Source: Eledone cirrhosa (taxonomy: Eukaryota). Taken from it: 64,000 nucleotides of DNA. The stretch covers positions 201,066,001 to 201,130,000 of the forward strand of contig OZ024742.1 in the NCBI GenBank assembly GCA_964016885.1, read 5' to 3'. The notes beneath the pieces were generated by a model. It made no database searches and was not told the DNA's origin. It was given only the letters and a program-made list of their open reading frames with translations. Every line of letters starts with the position of its first letter. Position 1 is the first letter of the stretch. The position numbers were made by a program, and so were the translations under genes. Of this stretch, positions 30,300 to 45,735 are shown piece by piece.

Positions 30300-31200
30300 T
30301 AAAGGTTTTACAGTTCAGTTAGAACAACAAAAATCCATAATGTTGCCAACGATTCTAAACGCCCACGGACTTATCTTCAGGAATATTGTTGGTTTATTTC
30401 TACCGTCTCATATATTGTATTTATTGCATTTATTTGTAGCTACATGCACTTCCTGTTTCTTGAACATTTTAAGATTGTCCTACCGAATTTGAATCATACA
30501 CTTCAGAATTGTACTCACATTTTATGAATCACGTCTTCATGGTATGTGTCTTCTGTTCACGTGACTCGTACTATACTAGATATCAAATAAATTGGAACCA
30601 AATTACGATATCGCTATTGTTTCCATAATTATGCGCCTGTTATTGTTCGAGATATTCACACAGACGTCCGATAATGTTCTAACTAACTTTGCTTTGTCGT
30701 GTAGTAAGCTGCAATTTATCATTGTTCTAAATACATGGTCAACCTTCGAGAGCGCGTTATATTTGTTTGGACTATGGAACAATTGGGGTTATAAAGTTTA
30801 CAACTTTTATTTTCGCAGTCGAATTTTTATACCACATCAGTCAATTATAGCTTGTTTTCAGGTTCACAGGCTTATGGTTTACTGCTAATATAAAGGTTGT
30901 TGATTTTTGATGTTGTGTAGTATATTATTACAGCTAACGTATGGTTTGGTGCAATGTAGTTTATGTTACGTTTTAAGTGCGTTTTGATTATATGTTCATT
31001 TGACTTACAGTATGCATTCGTTTCATTCATATCATGTATTTTATGTGTAAATTGTGGTCTCTTGTCAGCAGTGAGGGTAACATTATATTTCTGTCTGAAT
31101 TCGTATATACTTGCTAAGTATACGTTATATATTAATGTCTGATTAATTCTGTGAATTTCTTCGTCTTGTGTTACGATTACGTTTGTATGAAACAAGAAGG
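30300..31200 (-). mobile_element. Degenerate Penelope-like element fragment (linker and GIY-YIG)
   Basis: EEIHRINQTLIYNVY...LAVIIYY..., DVV*KFDC, SIVQTNITRSRRLTMYLEQ resemble the PLE motifs VVY..C and YIG.T...LSRRLTMH. Confidence 0.7.
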
Positions 31201-31210
31201 GTTGTTCCCC

Positions 31211-31297
<87 letters not shown>

Positions 31298-31736
31298 TTA
31301 CAGAAGTCACCTCGTTTATATTAGTGACCTCCGGTCATAGCTCAACGCTCAATGAAATAACAAGTGTGTAGTTGATAGGCTGCTTGATGCATTGCAGAGC
31401 GAACACAATTAGTGAGTTTTATGACAGTTATCAGGTATTGGTTTCACTGATATATACTAAATTGTCGAAGCCACAGACGGTCTAACGGCTGATGAGTGTA
31501 TTTAAATGTTTGCATGATCTTCTCTTGTCCATTTTCTTCCCTTTTCCTTTGTTCCTATCACTTCTGTGGACCAACACACTTCTACACGCTCATTTGTTTC
31601 CTTTGAGATAAATTTTACCCGACGCTGTCATTGACGGCATTTTGCTGTTCTAACAGCTTCCTTGTGTTGACTCCTTCCTATTATTTTACGAATTCTAATA
31701 CGCTCGGGCTTCAACCCCGGTATTCGAGATAACTTT

Positions 31737-31865
<129 letters not shown>

Positions 31866-31867
31866 AT

Positions 31868-31898
<31 letters not shown>

Positions 31899-31905
31899 GT
31901 ATATA

Positions 31906-31954
<49 letters not shown>

Positions 31955-31955
31955 G

Positions 31956-32114
<159 letters not shown>

Positions 32115-32155
32115 GTATATATATGTATATATATATACATATATATATATGTATA

Positions 32156-32244
<89 letters not shown>

Positions 32245-32249
32245 GTATA

Positions 32250-32295
<46 letters not shown>

Positions 32296-33709
32296 TATAA
32301 TTTATATAATCTATTATTCTATCACTGTATCCCTGGCCGTCTCTTTCTTTCTGTACCCAACAGCTCTCCACAAAGGACCCTCTCTCTCCCTTTTACCTTC
32401 TCTACTAACCTACATAACGTATGTATGTATTTATCATTCCATTTATACTTAACAGTTACAGAAAAATCCGAGTGAAAAATGTATGATAGATAGATGTTTA
32501 CAACAGAAATGTTACAATACAATCTAAAAACTTCCCAACACACAAACACAGACACAACTACAGGAGAAAGAAAAGAAAAGTTCCCGATTGTACGAAAGCA
32601 GTATTGAATGTGCAAAACTATAAAACTATGAAGGAGCTAGCTAAGTCTACTTTAAGGAACATTCATTCTCCAATCAGAATCTTGAGGTAACTTTATCGTA
32701 TGCTCTCTCATCAATTTATATAACGTAGCTGTCACTTCAAGCAGGAACATACCTTTAAAGTTTACTCCACCACCAACACCACCACCACCGAATCAGAAAC
32801 CATTATTATTATTGCTACTACTACTACTACCAGTATTATTATTATCATTATTATTATTATTATTATTATTATCATTATTATTATTATTGGCAATGTTAAA
32901 AAAGAAACTTCTATAATGAATGAAATGAAAAGAAAACTCAAACGTAAAAATTAACGAGAAAATGTAGAAAAATTGATAGAAGAATAAAAAGGAAAGACTT
33001 TTTTCCTAAAAATATATTCTAAATAAAACGAAAAGTGGAAGGAAGACCCTGTGTTATTTTTGGAGACCTCTTCAGTTAGATAAATCTCCTCTTCATGTCA
33101 GTGTATTGGTTTTCGATATGATGTTGATAGCAAAAAAAGACAAAAAAGTAAGCAAAAACAACAGCAACAACAACAACAACAACGACAACAATGACAACAA
33201 TTAACAACAACAACAACAACAACAACGACAACAATGACAACAATTAACAACAGCAACGCCAACAACAAAAACAACAACAACAACAACAACAATAATAATA
33301 ATAATAGTAATAATAATAAGGATGACGATGATAATGAGGATGATATTTATAGTAATAACAATAATATTAATGCTGATGATGTGTTGTAAATGTGTTAAGA
33401 ATTGGTAAAAAGAAATATGGTGAAATAGAAGGTAAAGATGAAACTGCAGTGATAATATATCAACTCTTCAACTCTTCACTTTCTAGAAGATTGAAATAAA
33501 TAAATAATAGAAATATGTAATAAAAATATATATAATAGATGTATCATGCAAAGAGAAATATTTAAGATGCCATAATATAGCTAGTTAGAATGATTATATA
33601 TATACATAGTCACACATACTCATATGTATATATATATATATATACATGAGTATGTGTGAATATGTATATATATATAAACATTCTAACTATCTATATTATG
33701 GCATCTTAA

Positions 33710-33771
<62 letters not shown>

Positions 33772-34056
33772 CTGATTTAGGAGCCGCAGAAACCCAAATG
33801 CTGGAATTGACCATCTTTCCAGGGGGTCCGGGTAAATTTTTCATTCATATATATTTTTATTTGTCTGACCCCAATTTTCTTGGTCGTCTTTTCGGCTGTG
33901 CGAATGATTGTTTAAGAATCGTCTCAGTGTGTTGGTATTAAACGTTAGTTATAGCTCTGGTTTATCCAAACTATTGAGCACTTTGCCACACATTTCGAAG
34001 ATTGTGTTTCATTATTTCGTGGGCCGAGGTTCCGATTCTCGATAATTTATTTGTAT

Positions 34057-34104
<48 letters not shown>

Positions 34105-34274
34105 AAAAAGGGATGAAATCGAAAATGCAACTGAAGTCTTATTTTTAAAAAAAATATATATATTTATTTGGTTCCTTTACCGGTTTCGCAGTTCTTCTGC
34201 TTTTCAAAAGGTGAGTTGAGATGGAGGGTCTGTGGTTTTTCTCACATCTATATATTATATATATATATTATATA

Positions 34275-34392
<118 letters not shown>

Positions 34393-34545
34393 TATATATA
34401 ATATATATATATATAATATATATATATATAATATATATATATAATATATATATATAATATATATATATAATATATATATATAATATATATATATAATATA
34501 TATATAATATATATATAATATATATATAATATATATATAATATAT

Positions 34546-34593
<48 letters not shown>

Positions 34594-34609
34594 TATACAC
34601 ATATATATA

Positions 34610-34730
34610 CCGAAACGGCTTGAGGTCAGCCGTCGGGGTCCTACTCGTTCCTATTACCCACTATACTACCCTAAGTATTGAGTACTTTGGTGCGTTATGG
34701 TCCATCTGGTTCCTTACCACATTTCCTTCG

Positions 34731-34733
<3 letters not shown>
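34610..34733 (+). mobile_element. Short pLTR-like repeat starting at the 3' half of a hammerhead (other copies at 14890-15022, 50098-50140, 54177-54287)
   Basis: cGAAAcggct(tgaggtc)agccgTCgggg...ccctaagtattgagtactttggtgcgttatggtcca...ccttcgtta(TA)n. The other copies carry the first 30-45 bp inverted. Confidence 0.75.
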
Positions 34734-34765
<32 letters not shown>

Positions 34766-34766
34766 C

Positions 34767-34841
<75 letters not shown>

Positions 34842-34933
34842 TATATGCACACATACACACACACATATATATATATATATACATCCATACTCGCACATAG
34901 TCATGTGTATATATGTATGTATATATATATATG

Positions 34934-35020
<87 letters not shown>

Positions 35021-35195
35021 AAAAGTGAAGAATAACATGGTCAACAGTACAAACAAGGAAATTTATTTACAGTCTACTCGTCATCCACGCACGTAAACCT
35101 CTTGTTGAGTCATACAACGCCGTACGCTAAAACTATCCATGATAAGAAGTTTTCACAACCTCTAACCGGATTGATATCTTGTTACCCCCCCCCCC

Positions 35196-35302
<107 letters not shown>

Positions 35303-35617
35303 GATATTAAATAAATGGAAACTATATTATAAAACCATATTTATTCAAGGGTACCAAAATATTTGGTACGCTTTCATCATATAAAATTGTTTAATTACCA
35401 ACAAATTGAATATCCCTTTTGCTTATATATATATATATGAATCTTACTTCATTAACAAATACGACCCCGTCTAAACACTTCTCCCTAAGACGAACCCACA
35501 ACATACACACGTCAACATACATACCTACATCAGCACACATCTCTACCCACATATAAACACAATGACATACGTAAACACACATGTTCTATGGTGCAACACA
35601 AGAAAATATATGTGCAC

Positions 35618-35674
<57 letters not shown>

Positions 35675-35823
35675 ATGTATGTATGTGTATATATATATAG
35701 TGAATATCATTTCACACCTTTTATTGTTAAGATTTTTGATGTTCTATTAAGAGAACCGATTTTACTGAAAAAATCGAATAATGTACACCATTTTACCAGG
35801 GGAAAAAAAAAAAAAATACTGGT

Positions 35824-35884
<61 letters not shown>

Positions 35885-36069
35885 CACACATACACACGCG
35901 TACATCAACATACAAAGAGACTTATATACACACACACACACACACACACGCACTTCTCCGTATAAGACAAAAGATGAAAAATATCTTTTAACATGCTAAA
36001 TGCTAAAATACCCCCCATTGCTTTCATACACATTCTTACTGACCATCCCTGCCACCACGAATTACTCTG

Positions 36070-36137
<68 letters not shown>

Positions 36138-36206
36138 ATCTTAATAGCCATTTGACACACATCGCTGCTAACCATTATCACAACATCGAACACCTTACTA
36201 CTACTA

Positions 36207-36246
<40 letters not shown>

Positions 36247-36597
36247 TTGTTGTGAAAGAGTCATTTCTCAATCTTGGCGCTAAACCAATTTTTTATTCAC
36301 ATGACCTCTACCGACCAATCAAAATTGTTTTGACCACAAGAATTTTTGCAAATTGGAGCCACTTTTTTAACATAAAAACAGGTAGAATTCCCAAAACTAA
36401 TCAGATCAGAGCAAACAGCACGGACACTCTATCTCAAAATTATTTTTGAAAAGCATTTAGAAATGCGCAACCGGTAAAAACTTAAAAACTTAAAACCACA
36501 ACTGAATACTAACCCATACAATCACTAATACTCTTTTATTCCTAATTAAACCATTTTTCAACTGTGAACAAGTTGTCAGCATTTTCTATTCCGTTTA

Positions 36598-36643
<46 letters not shown>

Positions 36644-37112
36644 TGTGTGCGAGTATGTATGTATACTTTTTTGTATTTCTTTTGTAAGATTTTTGCTGGG
36701 AAATGGTGTGTTGAACCACTGTTATTTGGAATGTGATAATCCAAAGGAAGAAAATAACTGTAACAGCAGTCAATCGCTATAAATAATAAGTTCTACAAAA
36801 TTAGGTAACGTACCCTGGAGTAAATATAGCGAGATATCAGGCATGATACTACGCCTACCCATATGATCATCTTGAGTAGATTCATACATATCCCAGACCT
36901 GCAAACTCTCTCCATCCGACGGGGAGATCTCCTTCCCACTTTGGGGTGGGTAGGAGATGTCTTCTCTTGTGAAAACCAGTACAGCTTTCATTATGTAAAA
37001 TCTCCCCATTTTGCCTCATTTCTCCGCGTTTTGGGGCACCTTTTTCATGGTACTTCCCTTTTCGGTTTGTAGAGGTTACCAGGTTTCATATCACTCGAGA
37101 TTATGGTATATT

Positions 37113-37289
37113 ATTGGCAGTATCCGGTAGAGGGTTAAAATCCATGCTTTGACGCATAGAGATTTGACATTCTGAGTTCAAATCCCGCCGAGGTAACTTT
37201 GCCTTTCATCCTTACAGGGTCGATAAAATAAAGTACCAGTAATGAACTGGTTAATTACTGGCCTTGTGCCAAAAGTAGAAACAATTATT
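37113..37289 (+). mobile_element. Family A SINE
   Basis: Consensus match including A and B boxes. Confidence 0.8.
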
Positions 37290-37755
37290 TATAGAAGATA
37301 GTTTTTCTTTTTCTACAGACTGACAACTATTTGTCACCAGATTAACTTCAGACTAACCACTTCAACACAGCGGACGTCAAACGAATTACACAAACTATTT
37401 AAGAACACAATATCACATAACCTTAAGGTTAGACAACACTGGCCAATAGCAGCAACGGAGAATTGAAATCCATATCTCTCGAAGTTTTGTTAGCTGAGTT
37501 AGTCACTACGGTAAGTGTTGTTTCTTAATAAGACCTATGCAGAGTATGAAGCTATACCTAACATGTTACGACTGTTTCTACTTTTGGCACATGGACAACA
37601 ATTGTAAGGGGAGGGGGTAAATCGAGGTCGTAATAATGAGAGGCAAAGCTAACATCAGCGGAATTTGAAATCAGAACATAGAGCCGAAAGAAACACATTT
37701 GCCGACCCTTTAACAGATCTGACAATAATCCACCACACACAGACATATATATATG

Positions 37756-37828
<73 letters not shown>

Positions 37829-37829
37829 G

Positions 37830-37880
37830 AGATTCTACAGGACTAGAACTGTTTCATTCTTTAGAAATCATCAGGAATCT
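37830..37880 (-). ncRNA. Type I hammerhead ribozyme in inverted pLTR
   Basis: Exact reverse complement of 40749-40799. Confidence 0.88.
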
Positions 37881-38156
37881 GGGTATCAAAAAATAAGTAT
37901 GGTATTTATAGGTCTCTACAAGTGGTAGGAGAGGGTGGGGAGTGGGATGGGTGTAGGTCATTGGTTGATAGAAAAGGGACTTCATTAAAAGCTAATTCTA
38001 CAAAGCTATAGTTTATTTTTATTTTTAGAGTAACAAAGGCAGAAAGAATTCTATAAACAGGTTCAGGATGGGGTGCTACTCCTTATTATTAAGTTTCTCT
38101 TAAGCTAACAGGTGTCTATAAGATCAGTGGGGGTCAGTCATGGTAGATAGATTTAA

Positions 38157-39515
38157 AAAAACTACTATGCCTCTATCTCGGAGCCCCTCCTGAATGACGC
38201 AATTAACTTTGCCAGGATTACCACCATTACCGATGCACAGCAAGTTGTTATCCTCCACGCCCGTAAGACCTTTCTATACCACGATGGATCTTACTGGATC
38301 AACAAGAAATCTCAGACCCCATTTGACGTTAGCATGGGAGCGAGTGACTCGGCTGAAATTAGCGACCTTGTGGGCTTGTATATCCTACATCACCTGAAGA
38401 ACCTCTTTACCGGCCTAACCGGAGGTTTATACCGAGACGACGGCCTCTTCGCCCTGCATAAGGTTAAACCCAGAACCACCGATGGGTTTCGGAAAAACTT
38501 AAGCTCATTCTTCTCTAATCTAGGATTTAGTATAACTATAGAATCTAATTTGACTAGGGCCAACTTCTTAGATGTCACTCTCGACCTAGATACTTCCCTC
38601 TATTACCCGTACCACAAACCTAACGAGTCCCTTAGATATATTAATGTTAATTCAAACCACCTCCAAAACATCACTGATAACCTAGTAAAAAGCGTCTCTA
38701 TTAGAATATCTTGCCTCTCTGCCAACAAAGATATTTTTAACGCATCTGCCTCCTACTACAATGACGCCCTCGCCCGCAGCGGATTTAAAGAAAAGATAAC
38801 ATACCTAGAAACCACCGCAAAATTGCAGAGGAGGAATAGACATAGGCAGATTAGCTGGTACAACCCTCCCTTCAATAGAGAGGTCTCTACACCGATAGCT
38901 AGGATTTTCTTCACTTTGCTGAAATTACACTTCCCCATACAACATAGGTACCACACCATCTTTAATAAGAACACAATAAAACTATCCTACTCTACCACAC
39001 CTAACTAGCTAGGAATATAGCCAACCACAATTCTAAAAAATTAAATAAGCCAACCACCTCCGAACCCAATCCCCGGACTGGGGCTCTGTGTAATTGCCTA
39101 AATAAGGAAGCATGCCCACTAGAAAACTAATGCCTCACAAATGATATCGTATACAAATGCGATGTCATCTCAGGCACCCATGATTGCAAAAAAACTTACA
39201 TCGGCATGACCTCCAACATCTTTAAGACCCGTTGGTATGCCCATACCCACTCCTTCAGAAGACCGGACAAATCAAACCAGACAACACTCGCCTCCTATGT
39301 TTGGGACCTCAAAAGGAACTCCACCCCCTTCACGCTTCAATGGAAAATACTCCAGAAAGCGCGCTCCTACAACGGAGGCCACAAGGTCTGCGACCTTTGT
39401 ATCTCAGAGAGCTACGAAATCTTATTCGCCAAGGGCCCGCTACTGAACAAACTCTCTGAACACTGCCCGAACTGCATGCACAAGAACTTTGCAACTTTCA
39501 AATACTTTAAGCCAG
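38157..39515 (+). pseudogene. Penelope RT plus GIY-YIG endonuclease (one frameshift near 39005, one stop near 39128)
   Basis: KNYYASIS, FDVSMGASDSAEISDLVGL, GLYRDDGL, NFLDVTLDL, WYNPPF, KLSYSTTPN, Cys linker CNC...CPLEN*C, IVY...YIGMT, then CDLCISE...LLNK. Confidence 0.92.
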
Positions 39516-39918
39516 TGTTAAAAACGACCTCCTCCTATTGGCCCCTATACCTCCTTCCCACCCTAACCCCACCCCTCCTCAACCTGAAATACGGCCACTA
39601 CGGTTATGTGAGTACCTCTTACCTATCTGCATTTTCTGCCTGTAGAGCTGTTTTTATGTGCCTGTGTATATGCGTATATTTATTGAGTACTTATTTATTT
39701 GTATGTGTATATATTTGTGTGTATGTGTGTATATGTATGTGTATGTATATGTATGTGTATGTATGTGTATGTGTACAAATGTATGTGGGTGTATGTGTGT
39801 GTGTGCGTGTGTGGGTATTTGTGTGTATGTGTTTGAGTTGTTCTCTCTCTGTGTGTGTATTTATTTATTTATTTATTTATTATTTATATATGTGTGTGTG
39901 TGTGTATATAGGTGTATA

Positions 39919-39975
<57 letters not shown>

Positions 39976-40002
39976 GTGTATGTGTGTATGTGTGTATGTA
40001 TG

Positions 40003-40099
<97 letters not shown>

Positions 40100-40177
40100 A
40101 CCCCCCACTCTCCTGAGCGTGAATTTAATAAACATTTATTGTACTGCCTCTCTGTTCTGTCCCTGTTCAAATTTTTC

Positions 40178-40236
<59 letters not shown>

Positions 40237-40748
40237 ATATATGTGTATATGTGTATGTGTGTTTATAGGTGCGCCCGAGTGTGTGAGTGAGTGTGTTTGT
40301 GAATGTGTCTGTTGATTTTTGGCATATAGTTGAATAGTTTAAGAGAAATTTGAAGATAATTGTATGATATGCACTCAATATTTTGAATTTGTCTACAGAA
40401 TTCTCTAAACCTTTGTCACTTAGTAGAACCTTAAAGAATTTAGCTTTTAAAGAATCTCCCCTTCCTTTAAATCTATCTACCATGACTGACCCCCACTGAT
40501 CTTATAGACACCTGTTAGCTTAAGAGAAACTTAATAATAAGGAGTAGCACCCCATCCTGAATCTGTTTATAGAATTCTTTCTGCCTTTGTTACTCTAAAA
40601 ATAAAAATAAACATAAACTATAGCTTTGGAGAATTAGCTTTTAATGATTTCCCTTTTCTATCAACCAATGACCTACACCCATCCCACTTCCCACCCTCTC
40701 CTACCACTTGTAGAGACCTATAAATACCATACTTATTTTTTGATACCC

Positions 40749-40799
40749 AGATTCCTGATGATTTCTAAAGAATGAAACAGTTCTAGTCCTGTAGAATCT
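40749..40799 (+). ncRNA. Type I hammerhead ribozyme in Penelope pLTR
   Basis: agattc-CTGATGA-tttc(taaa)gaat-GAAA-cag(ttctagtc)ctg-TA-gaatct. Confidence 0.88.
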
Positions 40800-40878
40800 T
40801 AAATAATCAAACCATATATCATAAAACATGTCTATAGAATATATATCATATATATATATATATATACATATATCATAT

Positions 40879-40945
<67 letters not shown>

Positions 40946-41363
40946 CTTATTTAATAGGATATCCTTAGATTTCATTATTTCAATACGTGAGGAGTTGTAG
41001 GGGCGTCATATTGACATTAGGCTTTTCTAGGGTATTTTCAAAACCTGGCGGTGCCCATCTCCTCCCTTGGCCTGAATACATCAGATTTCTTACAGAGAAG
41101 GATAGAGGGAGTGAGACAAAAGAAGTGAGAAAGAGATATAAGGAAGAATCGACCCAATTACTTTACTAGTACTTCTTTTTATCGACCATGAATGAACGAA
41201 ATGCAAAGTTGACCTCAGAGTCATTTGAACTAAGAAAGTAGAGAGCAGAAATGAATGCTACATAGCATTCTATCCGACCTTCTAATGACTCTGGCAATTC
41301 GCGTTATCTGCCCATGCGCGTATAGATTCATGCACACATACTACACACAGACACGCACACACA

Positions 41364-41407
<44 letters not shown>

Positions 41408-41425
41408 CACACACGCACACGCGCG

Positions 41426-41490
<65 letters not shown>

Positions 41491-41529
41491 TTATATACAT
41501 AAGTGTGTGTGTGTATATATATATATATA

Positions 41530-41800
41530 TTTATTCCTTTAGGTTTGTTGGTTCAGCACTGGATAGAACTGGTCATTCCGTACGGTCAACCTCGATGTAA
41601 TATTATGGAGAGCACTCAACGTAATGCAACTCAGTCGTCTTCGTTTGTGTAGTTGGTGGTGCGAGTAGGGAGTTAATTATTATAAAATAACAGGAGGCTG
41701 GACTTGTGTAAATCCTTGAAAGGTTTATTATACTATGATCATCTCAATGACAGGGGTTCAGTATGAATCCGGTGACTTCATCAGGTATTCAAAATATAAC
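41530..41800 (-). mobile_element. Dispersed HHR-bearing repeat; second copy at 53790-54060 (+)
   Basis: Shared about 270-bp sequence (..cactggatagaactggtcattccg..ggtcaacctcgatgtaatattatgga..) in opposite orientations, each abutting (TA)n. Confidence 0.75.
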
Positions 41801-41893
41801 AAAGGAGTATAACAGATAAAATCCATGGGCCAGAAAATCAGAGACAAGAGGACGACCGACTATTTAGCAGCTTCTACCTCGGTCTGCTTCCCT

Positions 41894-41943
<50 letters not shown>

Positions 41944-43052
41944 ATGCTTTGGGAGGGTCATGTTGCTAATAAGAACACACGCACCAGTTACTTTCACTCC
42001 AATTTATTATAAATTAAATTTATAAATCTAAGCATGTATAAATTTCCAGTTGGTTGGTTGGTTCCACAACCGGACGGTTGTTTATATATTGTCAAAGTTC
42101 TTTCGTCACACATTCTGTGACCTCTTCAGTGACTGGGGATTCTTTTCTTTGTTTTTGTGCCTCTCCTTTGTTCTGTCCTACGCCATCTTGTTTTTGTGTG
42201 TGTTGTGTGTTTAGTTTGCGCACGTGTTATGAGTTCATAAATGAACTCCAACCAAAATTAAATAGAAAACATGAATGGAATAGCAACATCACAACTTACA
42301 ATTAAGGACAACATGAAAACACACACATACAGAAGAAAAAACCAACCAGTAACATGTAAATAAAAAAATAAATAAACAAATATAAACACACACAGACACC
42401 CGGATGTAACACATGCGCAAACTAAGCACACAACACACACAAAATACATACATACATACATATATATATATATATGTAAATGTATGTATGTATGTATGTA
42501 TGTATGTATGTATGTATGTATGTATGTATGTATACGCGCATGGGGAGATATTGAAATACAAATAAAACATATCCTAATATCCTAACAACATAACCAATGA
42601 CGTGAATGTGTGCATAATGCCTCTCTAGAAATCTCTACAGTCACAACAAAAACCACCATCAAAGACTGTGCCACTCTCCACACAACCATAACAGCTATCA
42701 CCACCACCAAACATAACACCACCACCATCGAAGCTAACACCACCACGACCACTATTACCACGACGACGACCAGCAAAATCTCCAACAAAAACGACAAACA
42801 ACAGTACCATCATCTCAAACCACCACCACCACCACCATCACCACCACCACAACTATAACCACCACCTACAACACATCCACCACCTCAACCATCACAAGCA
42901 ACAACAACAAAGACCACAACATTAAATTCCAGCCACATTCAAATATCAAAGACAATGAGTCAATGAAATCGAAACACGGAAGATACGTAAGCCTGATGGC
43001 TCTATCCAACGTGTATAACAAAGAACGACTATATGTCCGCTGAAAGTAACTT

Positions 43053-43148
<96 letters not shown>

Positions 43149-43600
43149 AATATGTATATACAAATATATATGCTGACACAGACCCACATATATATACATA
43201 TGGGTATATATATATATATATATACATATATATATTTGTAGGTCTTTATTGATGATAGATAAATAGCATGATTTATTATAAAAGAAATACGAGGCGGTTA
43301 ACTATAGACTCTGGCGTCCATTTTGTAATGGTTTATTCTTATTCTAACAATGTTTGGTGTTAGGTATTTGGTATGTGCATATTGCTGGGTTACAATTATC
43401 ATATATTAATATGCAGACAATATTTCAATTTCAAGGATTATATGTACAGTGTGCGGTATATACATATACGTATTTATGTGTGCTAGCGTGTCTCTATACA
43501 TATATGTGCGTATATGTGTGTATCCGCGTGTGTGTATGTGCGTGCATATGATTATGTACACGAATATGTAAATGTACATGTATATGTATATGTGGGTAAA

Positions 43601-43822
43601 ATAATGATTTCTAATATAGGCACAAAGCCAGCAATTTGAGGGGAGGGGAAAGTCGATTAAATCGACCCAAGTATGTTACTGGTGCCTTATCTTATCGACC
43701 CCGTAAGGATGAAAGGTAAAGTTAACCTCGGCGTGATTTGAAAACATATCATAAAGGGCCGTAACTCTATGCAGTAAAGCATGGCGTCCGACCCTCTACC
43801 GATACTCCCAATCCACCGTCCT
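43601..43822 (-). mobile_element. Family A SINE (long subtype)
   Basis: Full length, containing the gtcgattaaatcgac hairpin insert. Confidence 0.85.
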
Positions 43823-44401
43823 GATATGTGTGTAAAATAATAGAGGCGAATATGAAAGTAAATTCAATATGATCATAAGTATTTAACATACATAATTCTC
43901 GCCGTGTAGATTTTAAGCTATGATCTTAGCACGGCAACCACAGTAGCCACATGAAAACACCAAGCATTACTATTTCAAGGTATTTATCCATCTTCAGTGA
44001 CGTTTAGTCGCTCGGTGCTGATGCAAACTGATAGCTTATACAGATTTATGCAAATATTTCACTAATGGAATCGTTTATTTACATATACTGCGGGCATGAG
44101 GATTTGTTATTAATTATAAGTCACACGGAAACGATATTCATTATAGAGATCTATATGAAAGTTCATACAAGATATGTAATAAACATCCATAAATCTTTCT
44201 GTAGATATTTTAAAATGTGAATCACGCTCTTCAATTCAGACGTGACAGACGTTTTACACGATATGCACACCAGATTTAATATAATTGATTCGTTATTTAT
44301 GCATTTTTTATTATTTATTTCTTACTCTTCTTCCCTCGTTACTTCTGCCAAATACTTAATAATATTTTTACCCTCTTTCTTTCTTTCTTTCATTCTTTCA
44401 T

Positions 44402-44461
<60 letters not shown>

Positions 44462-45345
44462 TTTTCTTTCTTACTTTTTATCTTTCTTTCTTTCTCTTTA
44501 TGTCGGTTTCTTTATCTCCCTTCGTTCCTGTCGTTACTCCTCTCTTCCTATATTTTTGTCTTTCCTCTTTTCCTTCCTACACCCTCTCCTTCCCTATTAC
44601 CTTATTCTTTATTTTCATTCTCATTCCTCCTCGTTCATTGCATGTTTGACTATATATTTCACTCTTTCTCTCCTGTTTTCTCTCTCTTCCTGTAGCCACC
44701 ACCACCACCACTACTACCACAGCCACCATGGCCACTCATACCACCACCACTACCACCACCACCCTCACCATGAAAATTTACAACAGATACTCTCATAAAC
44801 CAGGAGAATTAGGTTTATAGAAATTCGATAAAGAAAGATTAAAAGCCCCCCCCCCCCAACAAAAAACAACGACAACAACAATAAAATCAAAATTGATACT
44901 ACGGTTAAGACGATGGCTTAAAAGAAGACTACGAGCATATAAATTAGACTATCGGTTGTTTATAGTTCATGAAAATACTTAACCTCTTAACATAGTCGCA
45001 GAATTGATGCTGAATTCTTAACACCTGTGTGACAGTTACGATGAATGGTGAAAAATAGATCGAAATTATAATCTCTTACTCTTTGACCGGTTTCAGTCAT
45101 TACATAGCGGCCATGTTGGTTAGACTGCCCTAAAGGGATTTATTTCATCATATCGATCTCAGTACTTCATTTTCGCTAAAATTTTGTCCAAATTTTACGA
45201 TACAAGTCATAAACATTGACACGAGCCTTCACAGAAACATACACACACTCTCACACACAAGTATACATAAATATATAGAAATAGTATATTCATGTCTATA
45301 GACATGTATAAACATATACACACAAAAACACATACATTTGCAAAT

Positions 45346-45382
<37 letters not shown>

Positions 45383-45479
45383 CATATAGATACATATATA
45401 TATAAATATATACATCTTGTATATATATATATGTATACATGTGAATACATATATGCATACACACACACACACATATATA

Positions 45480-45735
45480 TCACCTTGACCGACCAGTCTG
45501 TCGGGAGCCAATCGGCGCCGCTGGTCACAGCACGCCGTGATGTTTTAGCCATAAGATAACGCCATCCCACTGGCTGGGCGGGCAGGCCGGTACTCATTTC
45601 TACAGCTGAGTAAACTGGAACAACATGAAATAAAGTGTCTTGCTCAAGGAAACAACACATCACCCGGTTCGAGAATTGAACTCACAACCTTTCGATTGCA
45701 AGCCCAATGCTCTAACCACTAAGCCATGCGCCTTC
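45480..45735 (-). mobile_element. tRNA-headed CORE-type SINE (family B)
   Basis: gaaggcgcatggcttagtggttagag...gagttcaattc...tccttgagcaagacactttatttca... Confidence 0.75.

Larger units (their letters stand above)
37830..40799 (+). mobile_element. Penelope-like element (Neptune-type), 5'-truncated, with 3' pLTR and inverted partial pLTR at the 5' end
   Basis: 37830-38157 is the reverse complement of 40466-40799. Internal RT and GIY-YIG coding sequence. HHR at the pLTR end. Flanked by TA-rich tracts. Confidence 0.93.

Noticed and set aside
36770-37080. 79-aa minus-strand ORF in GC-richer unique sequence
   Set aside because: No recognisable family and no clear splice signals.
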